From Squalus acanthias (Eukaryota): DNA of 64,000 nucleotides. The position numbers and the translations under genes are program-made. Positions 53,601 through 64,000 of this stretch are shown in pieces (position 1 is the stretch's first letter; each line of letters begins with the position of its first letter). The notes below the pieces were generated by a model that had not been told where the DNA came from, ran no database searches, and worked only from the letters and a program-made list of their open reading frames with translations. The DNA lies in contig CM059432.1 of assembly GCA_030390025.1 (NCBI GenBank), positions 58,964,001 through 59,028,000 of the forward strand. Reading direction: 5' to 3'.

Positions 53601-55968
53601 CCAGTGCCTGTTGTAGTGAGAGACACTGGACCACCTGTGTGGGGTAGCCCTGGAAATTACAGGGTATCATAAAGGGGGTAGAGATCTAGTATAATGGGCT
53701 CCTGTCCCTTATTTTTCCTGATCTCAGGGAAATTATCCCTAATGTGTCTTGGCTGCATGCAAATACTTCAGTAGAAATTTATGAATCATAATTGCAGCTT
53801 GCAAATGACTGATGAGCAAGCTGAAAGCTTTAAAATGTTCTATGGGATCTACATCATTTAAATCTCCTCCTGAGTCAGACAGTTAAATGTCATAAGTCAT
53901 CACAATTCTACCGATAAAATAGGAGCAAATACTTCAGTTTTCCTCCCAATCTCTTCCCCTTTAAGGAGTTTTGTATTTTAATATTCATTATGTTAATACG
54001 TGTCTCTGTATACAAGCAATAATTCTTTAGACACAAAGAACTAACCTGTCAAGTCATTGGTTCTGTTGTTTAAGCAGTAGCAGTACTTCATTGGGAAAAC
54101 AGAGGGATCAATTTTCCAGAAGCTAGAAACTACAGGCAGATGAATAAGAACATTAGTCAATGTCACTGCAGTTTCACAACAGTGTAGGAAATTGTGATAA
54201 AGTAAAATGAAACATTGTGAGTGAGTACTTACTGTTATAAATGAAAATGGACACTTTATGCAGTGCAAGTGAACTATGGGAAGTGACACTCAGCAATGAG
54301 AAGAATTGTTGATCTCCTGTGAATATTTTATATGTAAAATTAAAATATTTATTTGTGCAGAGCATGTGCATAAAAATATGATTCCATATATAACTCCAAA
54401 CAAAGTAATATATTAAAAATCTATGTCTGCGCACACTTCCTGTCTGCATGACTCGCCTGCCTGTTGTTATATTTTTGTCATACTATGTCAACTTTTTCCC
54501 ATTATGAATTCCTTTGTCCACATTTATAATGGGAAATGTCTATGTAAACTTGTCACTCCGAGTGTGCAATCACAGGTGGTCGTGCAGCAGCTTTCAGAGC
54601 TGTCTGTGCCAGCTTAGCCGCCATCTTGATTTTTGTTAAGTGACTTTTTTCTGGTGGGTAAGTTCAGTCTCTGCTTCACTTTAAAGTTTTAGAATTTATA
54701 TTTTATATATCTTAAATTTTGCATATTTCATTTTTATATATTAATTTATAGTACTATTAATGCTTTTTTTCTCCCTGTTACTGCTCCCCATCTCCCTGGG
54801 CATCTTGCCGCTGCAAGGCCCACACTCAACTGTAGTAAACTTCTTCCAATTGCTCTGAATCGGTGGCTGAAGGAGATGACTCTGAATATAGGACAACAAT
54901 TTTTTTTTAAATAATTGGCCTACCACTCGGGCATCAGTGTCTGGCCTTGCTGTCCTGCTCTGGCTCCCAATATCTCACCCATATGCTTCGTGCCCCCCTC
55001 CCCACCCCCCACAATGCATGGGACACAGATCTAGCTCCAGGCCCTGCCTTTGTGGACAATGCCAACATTTGGGCCGACCTGCTATGTTGGCCCTGGCCCA
55101 ATAATGCTCCTTAGGGCATGAGATGTAACTTCAGGATGACAAGCTTATATAGGCAGTTTTCATTATAAATATGGACATAGGAACTCCCCCAGATACACCC
55201 CCTTGATGTTGGGGTTGGGCGGGGGGGTGCGGATTGATGAAAGACCCACGGAAGATTCGCCTATGCATCCCCAGCAGAATATGGTAGGAGCTAAGAAACA
55301 GGCAAGATCCCAGCAGAACCAGATCCGCCAAATTTCTCCTTTGGACTAGGCCAGAATTTCGGCTCACAGTTTTTAATTAATGATAATTGGTCGTTTCAAT
55401 AGAGCTAAGATTTCTGAAGCTGCTCTGTTTTATTTTACTTTTATGGGGTACTTTGGGTAAATTTACCCTTTTTTGCTTTAATCCACTTTCGTTATTAGTC
55501 CAGCCTAACACCTGCAGATGACTAAGTGTGTTGACAGCATCAGGAGGCAGCACCAGCCACCATGACATGACTCTGCCCTCTGATTTTTTTCTTTTCCTTA
55601 TTAAGAGACACCAAAGCTTCTGCTCAACCCCTCCCTGTTTGATATGGCTCAGTGAATGGCTTATTGAAACATATAAACAGATCTTCACAACAGAACAAAT
55701 TCAGCTTACTATTACCCTAGCAGTAGCACTTCAATCCTAAAACAACATTTATAAAAAGCCGAAATAATCCCATTTTTAAACATTAATTGCCAATAAATTT
55801 GCTGTCTACTGATATTTAATTGCTCCAAAGACAGAGGTCATGAGTTGGCTGATTTTTCTGAGCATATAAATTGACCAAAAACTTTACCTTCAAGTGTTCT
55901 GTTTATCATTTTATTGACTAATTCAGTCAGATCGATGCCAGCAGGATCAAGAGATTCAACAGGTAATT
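35600..55968 (-). CDS. HHLA1: HERV-H LTR-associating protein 1 orthologue, spliced CDS (5' signal-peptide exon(s) not located)
   Basis: Exons join in frame to (E)LPVESLDPAGIDLTELVNKMINRTLEG-DQQFFSLLSVTSHSSLALHKVSIFIYN-ISSFWKIDPSVFPMKYCYCLNNRTNDLT-DFTAIVVDFVGNTTSFFKEIFKSSSILY-VSKNETDCIFICVMAGVL-DRDMTSLW...CVLEVCRFFQRCLC...RYCTDYYSWYL...KCLSKICKS. This is collinear with human HHLA1 motifs as I recall them (FFSLLSVTSYSS, YCYCLNNRTNDL, DCIFICVM, CLMELCQFFQQCLC, YCLEYYSWFL, KCLENICKS). All introns are GT-AG. Confidence 0.93.
35790..36170 (+). mobile_element. old L2 LINE 3' fragment in the last HHLA1 intron
   Basis: ITTILIDLHCLSITQRTEFKISILIFRSLHG resembles the L2 ITPVL..LHWLP..RI.FKIL motif. Confidence 0.6.
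36195..36277 (-). CDS. HHLA1: HHLA1 penultimate exon, 83 bp: RYCTDYYSWYLAQKADICRITKRFSQLK
   Basis: atattcag acceptor, gtaagt donor, phase 2/1; matches RYCLEYYSWFLKNATYICQRVKR. Confidence 0.92.
36435..37157 (+). mobile_element. 723-bp non-autonomous Harbinger MITE related to the 9265-13816 element
   Basis: TIR gggggtgaaattgg / ccgaatttttcccgc, TTA/TTA TSD; both ends match the ends of the autonomous-type element. Confidence 0.88.
37495..38010 (-). mobile_element. L2 LINE 3' fragment
   Basis: HWLLVRPCLDFKILIL...LWNSLP...FKTLLKTYLF, with L2-type tail. Confidence 0.8.
38490..40380 (-). mobile_element. CR1/L2-group LINE, 5'-truncated (copy 1)
   Basis: ALDIKAALDQVWH, PQGSVLGPTIF, MFADDCT; A-rich 3' end near 38490. 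Confidence 0.88.
40822..41032 (-). CDS. HHLA1: HHLA1 exon, 211 bp: RNERSSCTNL...NRCVLEVCRFFQRCLCKIVRRSQSKRSAV(R)
   Basis: tctatttag acceptor, AAG|gtaagt donor, phase 1/2; C-x4-C-x5-CLC motif of the HHLA1 C-terminus. Confidence 0.88.
41594..41653 (-). CDS. HHLA1: HHLA1 exon, 60 bp: ASPKYVLQSAPSITIGPLQS
   Basis: ttctttccag acceptor, gtaagt donor, phase 1/1. Confidence 0.62.
42405..42494 (-). CDS. HHLA1: HHLA1 Ser/Thr-rich exon, 90 bp: ASTTISTLITSATEDVRRMMTTTLQTQLST
   Basis: tacatttcag acceptor, CAG|gtacat donor, phase 1/1; mucin-like composition at the position of the human S/T-rich linker. Confidence 0.68.
42733..43447. mobile_element. Harbinger-type MITE
   Basis: TIR ggcccaaaaatta / taatttctgggcc, att/att TSD; shares the gccggtttt..gcgcatgcg..aaaacc hairpin with the 44479 family, in the opposite orientation. 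Confidence 0.8.
43545..43975 (-). repeat. SacSINE1-like DeuSINE
   Basis: Reverse complement has a tRNA-like head, the Deu-domain-like ggtgccggctttcagatgagacattaaacc...gatatgaaaaatcc, and an L2-like tail; a further tail copy lies at ~30480-30665. Confidence 0.7.
44479..45211 (+). mobile_element. 733-bp Harbinger/PHIS-type MITE, intact
   Basis: 18-bp TIR ggcccgtattttccgatc / gatcggaaaatacgggcc; flanks caat / attg. Confidence 0.88.
45420..45476 (-). CDS. HHLA1: possible HHLA1 cassette exon, 57 bp: GLLEKAAFQVVYFNLPKSA
   Basis: tattgtaaag acceptor (weak), CTG|gtaata donor, phase 1/1, frame preserved; no homology support. Confidence 0.4.
46406..46492 (-). CDS. HHLA1: HHLA1 exon, 87 bp: DRDMTSLWFSDSLQPVINETFYNRKPTTT
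   Basis: gttattacag acceptor, G|gtcagt donor, phase 1/1; aligns to human RNLSDFWE..PIINYTF. Confidence 0.82.
46880..48820 (+). mobile_element. CR1/L2-group LINE, 5'-truncated (copy 2)
   Basis: ALDIKAAFDRVWY, PQGSVLGPTIF, MFADDCT, MATRAGQRLGILRRVSH; ends atgaatgaataaaaaaaa. Confidence 0.9.
49841..49894 (-). CDS. HHLA1: HHLA1 exon, 54 bp: VSKNETDCIFICVMAGVL
   Basis: ttccgttgcag acceptor, G|gtaaga donor; DCIFICVM motif. Confidence 0.92.
51378..52045 (-). mobile_element. CR1 3' fragment with internal duplication or rearrangement
   Basis: RLGLYSLEFRRMRGDLIETYKIL-type segment occurs twice; acataagaacataagaa tail. Confidence 0.8.
52143..52385. repeat. 27-bp minisatellite (cccaggatcactaacccttccc[t/c]catg), about 8.5-9 copies
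   Basis: Direct inspection of tandem units. Confidence 0.95.
52520..52603 (-). CDS. HHLA1: HHLA1 exon, 84 bp: DFTAIVVDFVGNTTSFFKEIFKSSSILY
   Basis: gtctttacag acceptor, G|gtttgc donor; resembles human DFTALLVDIIGNSTSYLTEIFKSTSILS. Confidence 0.92.
53005..53452 (+). mobile_element. CR1 3' fragment
   Basis: LGLFSLEQRRLRGDLIEVFKIMRGFDRV-type sequence; gggctgaatggcct...ttctat tail. Confidence 0.8.
54046..54129 (-). CDS. HHLA1: HHLA1 exon, 84 bp: ISSFWKIDPSVFPMKYCYCLNNRTNDLT
   Basis: ctgcctgtag acceptor, CAG|gttagt donor; YCYCLNNRTNDL motif. Confidence 0.93.
54233..54316 (-). CDS. HHLA1: HHLA1 exon, 84 bp: GDQQFFSLLSVTSHSSLALHKVSIFIYN
   Basis: attcacag acceptor, gtaagt donor, phase 1/1; FFSLLSVTS motif. 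Confidence 0.92.
55888..55968 (-). CDS. HHLA1: HHLA1 exon, 81 bp: (E)LPVESLDPAGIDLTELVNKMINRTLE(G)
   Basis: ccattttcag acceptor, AAG|gtaaag donor, phase 1/1; resembles human ELPARSIDLSALNLTELVNGML. Confidence 0.88.
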
Positions 55969-58406
55969 CTGAAAATGGAGAAACAGCTTCAAATATTACC
56001 AACAGCTGCAGGAGAAAATGAGTTTTAAACTTTCCTTTGAATTCAGAGGATGCCATAACTAGATATTGACTTCCCATTTTCCTTTCATTCTGTTCTGTTA
56101 ATACTTATTATTATCTAGTTGGAAAATAAGAGATCAAGAAATTCCCAGGTTCAATCTCAGGCAACTAAGGGAGAAAATATAGCCAGAATTCAGGCTCCTG
56201 ATTGCTAACTGTTGCTTAGTGTGCATGTGTCAGTAGTGGACAAGGACTTGTTTGGGGTCAACTGTGATTCCGCGAATGGTGAACCGTCTTCCCCAATGAG
56301 CGAGCAGCCTTTTTTCTCTCTGAGACAAGCATCAAAATGTTCAAATAGCACGTCCTGGCAACTTTCCAACTATAATTATTCTCCCTCCATTGACAACTTC
56401 AAGTATGAAATATTTTACACTTGCATTGCAGATGGAGGTACCAAGAATATGCATATAAAATCAGGTGTGAAACAGTTCACGCAAGATCTTTGAAAGGTAA
56501 AATGGAATTCATTGGTTATTAGTGTCTCTTTAGGAACAGATACTTCCCAGAGAAGCTAATCAGACTCAAACACAACAGGAATAATAGGCTTTCTTTTATA
56601 CAGCTTAAACTTAAGGGGGCAATTTTAACCCTACTCGCTCAGCAGAAACCTGGCAGGTGGGCAGTTAAAATCGCCCTGGTTCTTAGCTGTCCGAAAGCCA
56701 CCATGATCGCAACATCCGCAATTTTAACCTGCTCTCCTGAGCAGGCATCAAGGATACGTGCCCAGAGCCAACAGGGTCCTTCTTTACATATGTATGTTGC
56801 GACCTGATGACATCATTGAGACCTGACTGCAAGCCCAATGGAACAGATGCATGTGTGAATACCTGACTGTTATGCTGGATGGTTGTTCAGAAGCACCCCA
56901 AACACAGCATGTCATGCTTTACCTGGTCATGAAAAAAGCCATTCCAGAGTGATCATCAGCCAGTAAAGCCTGATTAACTGCGCCTGCCAGGATACCACCA
57001 ACTATACTTGCGGGCATTGTTACACATACCTGACAATGGGTGTGGGGAACTCTCTTCACATGGTCTGGCTCAGCAAAGCCAGATGCAGAGCTATGCCATC
57101 TGTAAGCACACCTGCTGTTAACATTCACCTTAGAGCTAGCACAGCCAGTGACAGAACCAGACAGCTGTGGCATCAAGCCTACATAGGGACTTCCTTTCTC
57201 TTCACTTTTGGCTGTCATTTTCTGCCCTCCAGCCTTGGCAAAGGGTGATAATAGGTTGAGATTTCTTTTTAGCCTTACTAAAGGCTTTCAGCATCTTTGT
57301 CTCCAATTGTGGTACCCCCCCCCCCCCTCCCCTTTACATTTCACAAGCATGCAATTTTCCATTCCCACCACTATTGTGCTCCTTACACTTGTCCCAGTCT
57401 ACACCTGCATCTGCGAATCATGATACAAATAAGCTGACGCAGGACATTTTCACATGACCTGTGTTTTTTTTCAGGTTTGTCCTGATCGTGGTCAAGACAA
57501 GATGAACAAGAATGTATATACCTGTTCCTCTCTTCATTTCTGTATCTTTTAGCATCTTGGGATATCCACTGCTTCCATAGATGTGCTCTATTTAGTGCTC
57601 TTATGGATATTATTGAGAACAAACAATGCTCTATCAATTACTGGATTATTCCTTCCACTGAATTCAAGAAGCCACTCACTGTTCTCATTTCATGTACCAA
57701 TAGCACATTATCCATAATAGAATTCCAGCTATCATTGTTCATACCCACTTTGGCATTCACATCACCAAGTGCTATCACAATATCATGTCCAGGGAGTTAA
57801 TTCATTAGATCAGGTAACTGCTGGTAAAGTTGATCTTTGTCTTCTTTATCTGCCTCACTGTGGTATAGAAGCTTACTACTGCTGTTCTACCATGTTTTGT
57901 CTTGAGCTTTGCCATAATTTGGATTGGTTTCCATCTCTGAAGGGCATTGACTGAAGAATCAGGAGCAGAACTCCTCCAGAACAATTATTCTTATCTTCCT
58001 GAGTAAAGTATAGTTATTCCTCCTGCATGCTCCAACTTTCTCCACTCTACCTTGATTCCCTCAGAGCCTATTGATGTTTATTATAATGAGCCTACATTCC
58101 TTGTTGTGATTTTTGGTTATTAATTTGAAAAGAGAATTCTGAATATCAGTTTCCATAAATTGCTGCTGTTCTTCATAAAATCCTGTATAGGATTTCTAGT
58201 ACTTTCTAGCATAAAGGTACTGTCTATATCTTAAATAAATGTTTCCCATTAATAGGAAGGTTTACAGGAGAACTAACTTAAGCCTAACCCTCCGCCTTTT
58301 TCAATTGGTCTTGGACCCACCTTTAGAAATGAATGACACATATTTTCACTTCAATAAAGTTTTGCTCCATGCTATCTATATGCTTTAATGCATTCATATA
58401 ACATAC

Positions 58407-58453
58407 CTCTGGTCCCCTGTTTTAACGGAGGCATTAATACTGAATGTATATTT
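58407..58453 (-). other. candidate upstream HHLA1 exon (47 bp, ..NIHSVLMPPLKQGTR)
   Basis: gttttaacag acceptor and GAG|gtatgt donor; ends in phase 1, compatible with the 55968 exon; no recognisable homology. Confidence 0.3.
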
Positions 58454-59604
58454 CTGTTAAAACAGTGGACTGAGAGGTATATTATATGAATCTGTTTAAT
58501 ATTTTTGCTAATACTGCTAATAGTAATTTCTAACTTGTAAAGTAGAATATAAAAGAGAAGCATTATACTTTTACTTTGATGTAGTGGGTCAGACGTTCTG
58601 TCAGGTATAGTCATGTATCCAAACATTGATTTGGCAGATTGATTTGGTGGCAAAATTATCCATTAATTATAAATGCATCACTTCAGATGATAAATCCACC
58701 ATCACTTTATTCGATTTTCTTCTACTTTGTAAAGGAAAATAATTTGACCAGATTTTGATTGTCTGATATTGAGTTAAAGTCACAGGAGGTCCATTACCCT
58801 GCTGATACTGGCTTCTTTTGAAATTAAGTTTCAATCCCCACTGCTGGTGTACTAAATATCACGCCAATGTAACGGATTGGTTTTCAGTGATTAATGTAGC
58901 TCCCTGCAGTTTAAATGTGCAATTGACAAAATGCAATAAAGATTTTATTTAAATGAAACTTCTAGGAGGGTTAATCTTCACAGCGGCTTTACTCACCCAT
59001 CATTTAAAACTTGATTTCTTTTTGTTGCTAGGTGCTAGTTTACTTGCTATTTTTAATTGTTGGAACTTGGGACTCAAACCTGCACACAAATGTTTTGCAT
59101 TCTTGTCCTTGTTGCTGTGAGGAGCCCAGGCACTTTTCACAGAAATGGAGGGAAAACTGGACAACGATCACCTTAGGCCATATTCTAGTGGCCCAGGAAA
59201 ATGGGAGGCAAGAAAAAACTTAAAAAGAAGGAATCTCACCCTGTGAAAAATAAAAAGTAAACAACAATTTTTAAAATGCTAAACATCCTTTAAGGTAATA
59301 ATAGACATTTGTGGCCTTGAGAGTAAAATTGACTTAATTATGGCTCCGTTGTATCAAGGATGCTTGATAGGAATAAGGATATTTGTAATTTGCTGAAGTT
59401 GACCTCACAAGTGGTTCAGGTGATTTTATTCCACAATTTGTTACCAACAGAATAATGAATAATTGCAGTAATTTGCGATAACTGCTTTACTAATTTGCAA
59501 AACAGGTTTAAACACAGTTTATCCCGGAAAGTGTTTTAAAATGTCAGCTAATTTACATACATCAAAATACCTATCACATTAAAAAACACTTAAAAAACAA
59601 ACTA

Positions 59605-60660
59605 TGGGCCAGAAATTGCACTCCCAGCACAAGTGAGGTTTTTATGTTATATTGACAGTGCAAACTGCCTCAGTGCAGAAGTGCTCTGACTGTTCCAAAA
59701 TTTACACTGCAGCTCATTAGAATAATTATGCCTTTCTGCCTCCACAGCTTTGCCCTTGTGCAGCGAATCAGCCCAATGGAACAAAGTGGAATTTCTGACA
59801 ATCAAGCACACTTGAAGGTGAGTACCAAAATATTGGGAGAAATATTGGGCAGATGTGTCAGCTGTAAATGAAAAGCAACCCAATATACTGGCACTGATTC
59901 TGTGGGTAAGTGAATGAGTGGTATAGCAGCTGCTCCCACATTTCAGGAATGGCCATATGGACATGTGTTGCTTGAGGTGGATGCGAGGAGGACTGTTGAA
60001 TTTGGCACTTCAGGGCACTCTTCCCAGAGGACACCAGGGTACCATTCCTGGCAACAGTAGTGAGCAGGCTCAATATGGTGCACACTACCAGGAGGACCTG
60101 GGACTAGATAGCAAAGACAGCATGCAAAGGGATCTGGCAAGGAAACAGTACTCAGCTGTACCATGTATGTCGTTCATGGCCAAAAGGTTGCCAACTGCTA
60201 GTGTTGCCTCTTTCAACTGTACTTCTCACCCATGCCAAGTCCTCACATAACCTTACAGTTCATTCTTTGCATCTCATACACACTCATGCCTCCAAATCAC
60301 ACACCTCCAGCCACTCACCTCCACATAACTTTTCGGCCTTATGCTCATGGCGAGCACCCTAGATGTGCCCCTAATGGCAAACGCGTCTGCCATGGGCATG
60401 ATAATTAAGGGACCTTTCCAACCCTGCGCCCTTTGATGGGATCAGACGTGAAGGTCCTGGGTGGCATGCAACCCCTCCCCATGGATTTTTGAGGCCATAA
60501 TAATGAGACTTGCTCCATGCAGCAACGCAAGTCTCATTTGCCCCTGGCTAAACAAAGCATAGATGTAGAATCAACACAGGGATCAAATTCCCAATTTTCT
60601 GCTCCCTTTGTGCCACATTTGCACCTGCATCATGAATGCACAGATGCACAATTTCAGAAC
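59605..60660 (+). mobile_element. very old Harbinger remnant
   Basis: gggccagaaattg TIR-like start; decayed Myb exon-like sequence at ~59900-60150. Confidence 0.4.
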
Positions 60661-61739
60661 CTATGAAGATTTTAATAAAATTGCAAAACACCAACAAAAA
60701 AATCATATATAACTAATGAAGACTACTGCCAGAGCTGGTCAACCGATATCTCATTAGTTGTACGTGACTCATCAATGGCTGAATGAAGGCTCTGAAAAAC
60801 CACTCTAAAAATAGACAATCCAGCAAGAAACAAATTTAAGCTGCTAATCATTGCCTTGGAGATGCGGGTGTGCTTGGCAAGAGGATTGGCTGCAGTGGGT
60901 CTCAGTGAATAATGAACTCTCCTACAATGTACCATGCATCCACTGCAGTCAATCACAGTCATCTCGCTGCTCAGTGATAAAATGAATGAGCTATCCCACA
61001 CTGTGATAAGCAGACGCTCTTTTCGGTAAAGCCCTGTGGACACCCAGCGGAGGCCCTGCCAAGTAAGTTTAAAACCTACATTTGTGGGGCAAGGAAGAGC
61101 AGGAGTGCTGGCCGAGGGGCCTTCTGGGCCTCTCAATTTTCACAGGCCACAAGCTAGTGAGCAGCCTCTGGACACTTGTTTTGGGCAGGCAGCTGGCCGG
61201 CAGAATTCAAAAGAGTCACAGCCATTAAAATGGACCAGGCCTCCCACTGCACCTCCCAGGTGAGTTAAAATTTCCCCTCAGGTCTCGCAGGTTAGGGATA
61301 TGTTAATAATAGGGCTAGGAGTTGCGTTAAGGTATTATACCTAAATGTTTAAATGCTTAACCAGTCTTTGTGGGTTTTTTGCTTTTTAAGTACTGCAACG
61401 GGTTTTAATAGTTTGAAATGTGTATTGCCAGTGAGGCAATTAAGTGACTCCTTGTTTTGCAGTCTATGTACAGCAATTGAATGTTAAAATTAATCTAATA
61501 GTTGAGCTCTTGATCTCAAATTTCATCCCTATTTTGCTCAGGAGACACAAAGCTTGGACTTAAGATATCTAACAACCATCATATGGTTTTGGTTGCAGAA
61601 TCCAGTAAACTGGCAGGATGCCTGTGCATTCTGGGAATCAGATCTTCTTTGCCAAGAACACAAACTTGTGGTTTTTGTCTGTTTCTGGCTCTTGGGCTTT
61701 GAAAGGTTGGCCAGCCTTCCATTAGGCTAATGGATTGTT

Positions 61740-62362
61740 GGCCTTTATCTCAAGGGGGCTGGAAATACAAAGGGGTGGAAGTTATGTTACAGTTATATAA
61801 AACTCTGGTTAGACCCCATTTAGAGTGCTGCATTCAGTTCTGGGCACCACACCACAGGAAGGATATATTGCCCTTGGAGGGGGTGCAGTGCAGATTGACC
61901 AGAATGATACTGGGATAAAAGGGTTAAATTATGAGGACAGGTTGCATAGACTAGGCTTGTATTCCTTTGAGTATAGAAGATTAAGGGGTGATCTAATTGA
62001 GGTGTTTAAGATTATTAAAGGATTTGATAGGGCAGATAGAGAGAAACTATTTCCTCTGGTGGGAGAGTCCAGAACAAGGGGGCATAACCTTAAAATTAGA
62101 GCTAGGGTGTTCAGGGCTGATGTCAGGAAGCACTTCTTCACACAAAGGGTAGTGGAAATCTGGAACTCTCCCCCCCCCAAAAAATCAATTGAGGCTAAGT
62201 CAATTGAAAATTTAAAAACTGAGATTGATAGATTTTTGTTAGTCAAGTGTATTAATCCTTACGGAACCAAGGCGGGTCGATGGAGTTAAGATACATTCAT
62301 CCTCTAATTGAATGGTAGAACAGGCTTGATGGACTGAATGGCCTACTCCTGTCCCTATGTTC
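61740..62362 (+). mobile_element. CR1 3' fragment
   Basis: LYKTLVRPHLE, RLGLYSFEYRRLRGDLIEVFK, FFTQRVVEIWN. Confidence 0.85.
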
Positions 62363-63292
62363 CCTGCTCTGTGCCTTACTACAGTAGTAATTCTTTTATT
62401 ACTGCAGAAATCACTGACTATTGTATAGGGCCCAAGGAATGAGTTTATTTTGAATTCTGCTTAGTTTTCATTCAAGCCCATTTCTGTAATAAGTAGGATT
62501 CCCATTAGAAACACTAAGAGCAAATTTTCCTGTCCCCTCCCTTGCCCCAGCAACACTTCTGCCCAAGGCCAGGAGCACTGGGATTTCCAATTTTGGGCGA
62601 TTTACATGGCCCAGGAGCACCAATAGTGTAAGCCTGCCTTCTGACACAGCCTAGCATTGGTGGAAAGAGCATGAAAGCCAAGTGCAGTTGCAGGCCTCCG
62701 TGACCTGAATCTGTATGTCGGGCCTCAGAGTTTGGGACTTTCTGGTGGCCAATGGAGATCGGCAACCAGAAGGTTCTGATTAAACTTCAACATCCTGGGG
62801 GAGGGGAGAGTAGCAATTGACTAAAATATATTCACTCTCAAGTCTTTGGCCTGCCTTAGGGATCCCCACAGACCCTCTGGTCAGTGGGAGTTTGGGGGAA
62901 GGCCACAGCGCCATGGTTTTTGGGCACTAGAAAATGAGGCAGAAGGCCAGGAATGCCCCCTCCCACCTCATTTGAATGACTGCAATGGGCCTGCATCCCC
63001 TGCAGCTGCTGGATAAACTATGCCCCTCCCCACCTCTTTGAGAAACCTCAGAAATTCTGGGTATATGTAAAAGGTGCAGAAACCTGGAAAAATGAGTCTC
63101 TGCCCCTATTCCTGATCTTTGAACCTGGGGAACTGGGTGTTCCCTTGGACCAAAAGTCAGGAAAATCGGCCCTTACAATCTCCCTCCAAAGATCCCATGG
63201 TGTAGAGAATCGGGGTGATGAACCATTAACAAATGCTTAGTGCAAGTTCAGCCTAGAAATTACAATTTGCATTAGTAGTGTATGAACACATG

Positions 63293-63980
63293 GGCTGGAT
63301 TTTGATACTGGGGCGGGCTAGGGTCGTGTCATCCACTTTTCGTGTTATCCACCCGACTGCAATTGGATGTGGGAGATTGATGCGATTTTCACCTAATTGG
63401 GCAATTGAGTTCGAGCATGTGGGAACCCATAAACCAATTAGTGTTTTCAGTCTGAAAGTCGCCTCTGATGATGTCATCATTGCTGCTGCATTGAAAGTCT
63501 GCAAAGACTGCCTGGCCTTTGCTGTGAGAGGACCTGGAGGCAAAATGAGCAGCAGCAGCCCTAAGTCTGCTCCCAGATATTTTTGTACTACTACTACTCC
63601 TCCTCCTACTACTCCTCCACTCCAACTCCAACATCTCCGTTGTAATAGTGGACCTGCAGCTGATAGTCAGCTATCCAAATGTGCTCCCGCCAGGTTTCAC
63701 ATTCGTGGTTCAGAACAGGCATGCTTCACGTAGAAAAAGGGTTAAAATCACAAAGGCCTTTCAAAATGGCATTATAGAGGCAATTTCATGCGTGTTAAGG
63801 GCCTTAACAGCCTATCCCGCCTCTTAGAGGCGGGACGGAGTCGGGACCAGCAGACACGATTTAATGAAAATTGCGTGCAGGCGGGATGGAGGCGGGCTTG
63901 TGCCCGCCCACCAGTTTTTGCAATTTTAACCCCCCACACGCCTCCAAACCCACCTCCACGGGTCAATGAAAATCCAGCCC
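63293..63980. mobile_element. Harbinger-type MITE(s)
   Basis: gggctggatttt start and aaaatccagccc end (inverted). Confidence 0.6.
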
Positions 63981-64000
63981 TTAACATGTTTGGCTGACAT

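Noticed and set aside
56923..56969. Exon-like ALLADDHSGMAFFMT resembling human GMTFLPTT
   Set aside because: Ends in phase 2, incompatible with the phase-1 exon at 55968, and lies in probable repeat-derived sequence
58997..59079. Minus-strand segment with good splice sites
   Set aside because: Stops in all three frames; at most a 5' UTR exon and unsupported
60723..60850. MISSLNLFLAGLSIFRVVF as the HHLA1 signal peptide
   Set aside because: No convincing phase-compatible donor before the stop codon

Overview
Repeat-dense vertebrate genomic DNA, very probably from a shark or other cartilaginous fish (CR1/L2/RTE LINEs, a SacSINE1/DeuSINE-like SINE, and many PIF/Harbinger transposons and MITEs). 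The one host gene I can support is not called as a gene by the ORF track. It is a multi-exon HHLA1 (HERV-H LTR-associating 1) orthologue on the minus strand, with 11-12 phase-compatible GT-AG exons from 55968 down to the stop at 35600, giving about 344 aa; the signal-peptide exon was not located. Other main structures: (1) a near-complete two-gene Harbinger transposon (9265-13816; spliced Myb/SANT-like gene on +, HARBI1-type transposase on -) inserted into the terminal inverted repeat of its own derivative MITE; (2) a 1.65-kb solo LTR (TGTAA...TTACA, GTTC target-site duplication); (3) a young 5'-truncated RTE LINE; (4) an inverted pair of ~1.9-kb LINE copies bracketing internal HHLA1 exons; (5) a 27-bp intronic minisatellite. 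Most ORF-track entries are TE fragments or chance ORFs. Homology calls come from recalled sequences and motifs, not database searches, and repeat boundaries are approximate unless a TIR or TSD is quoted.
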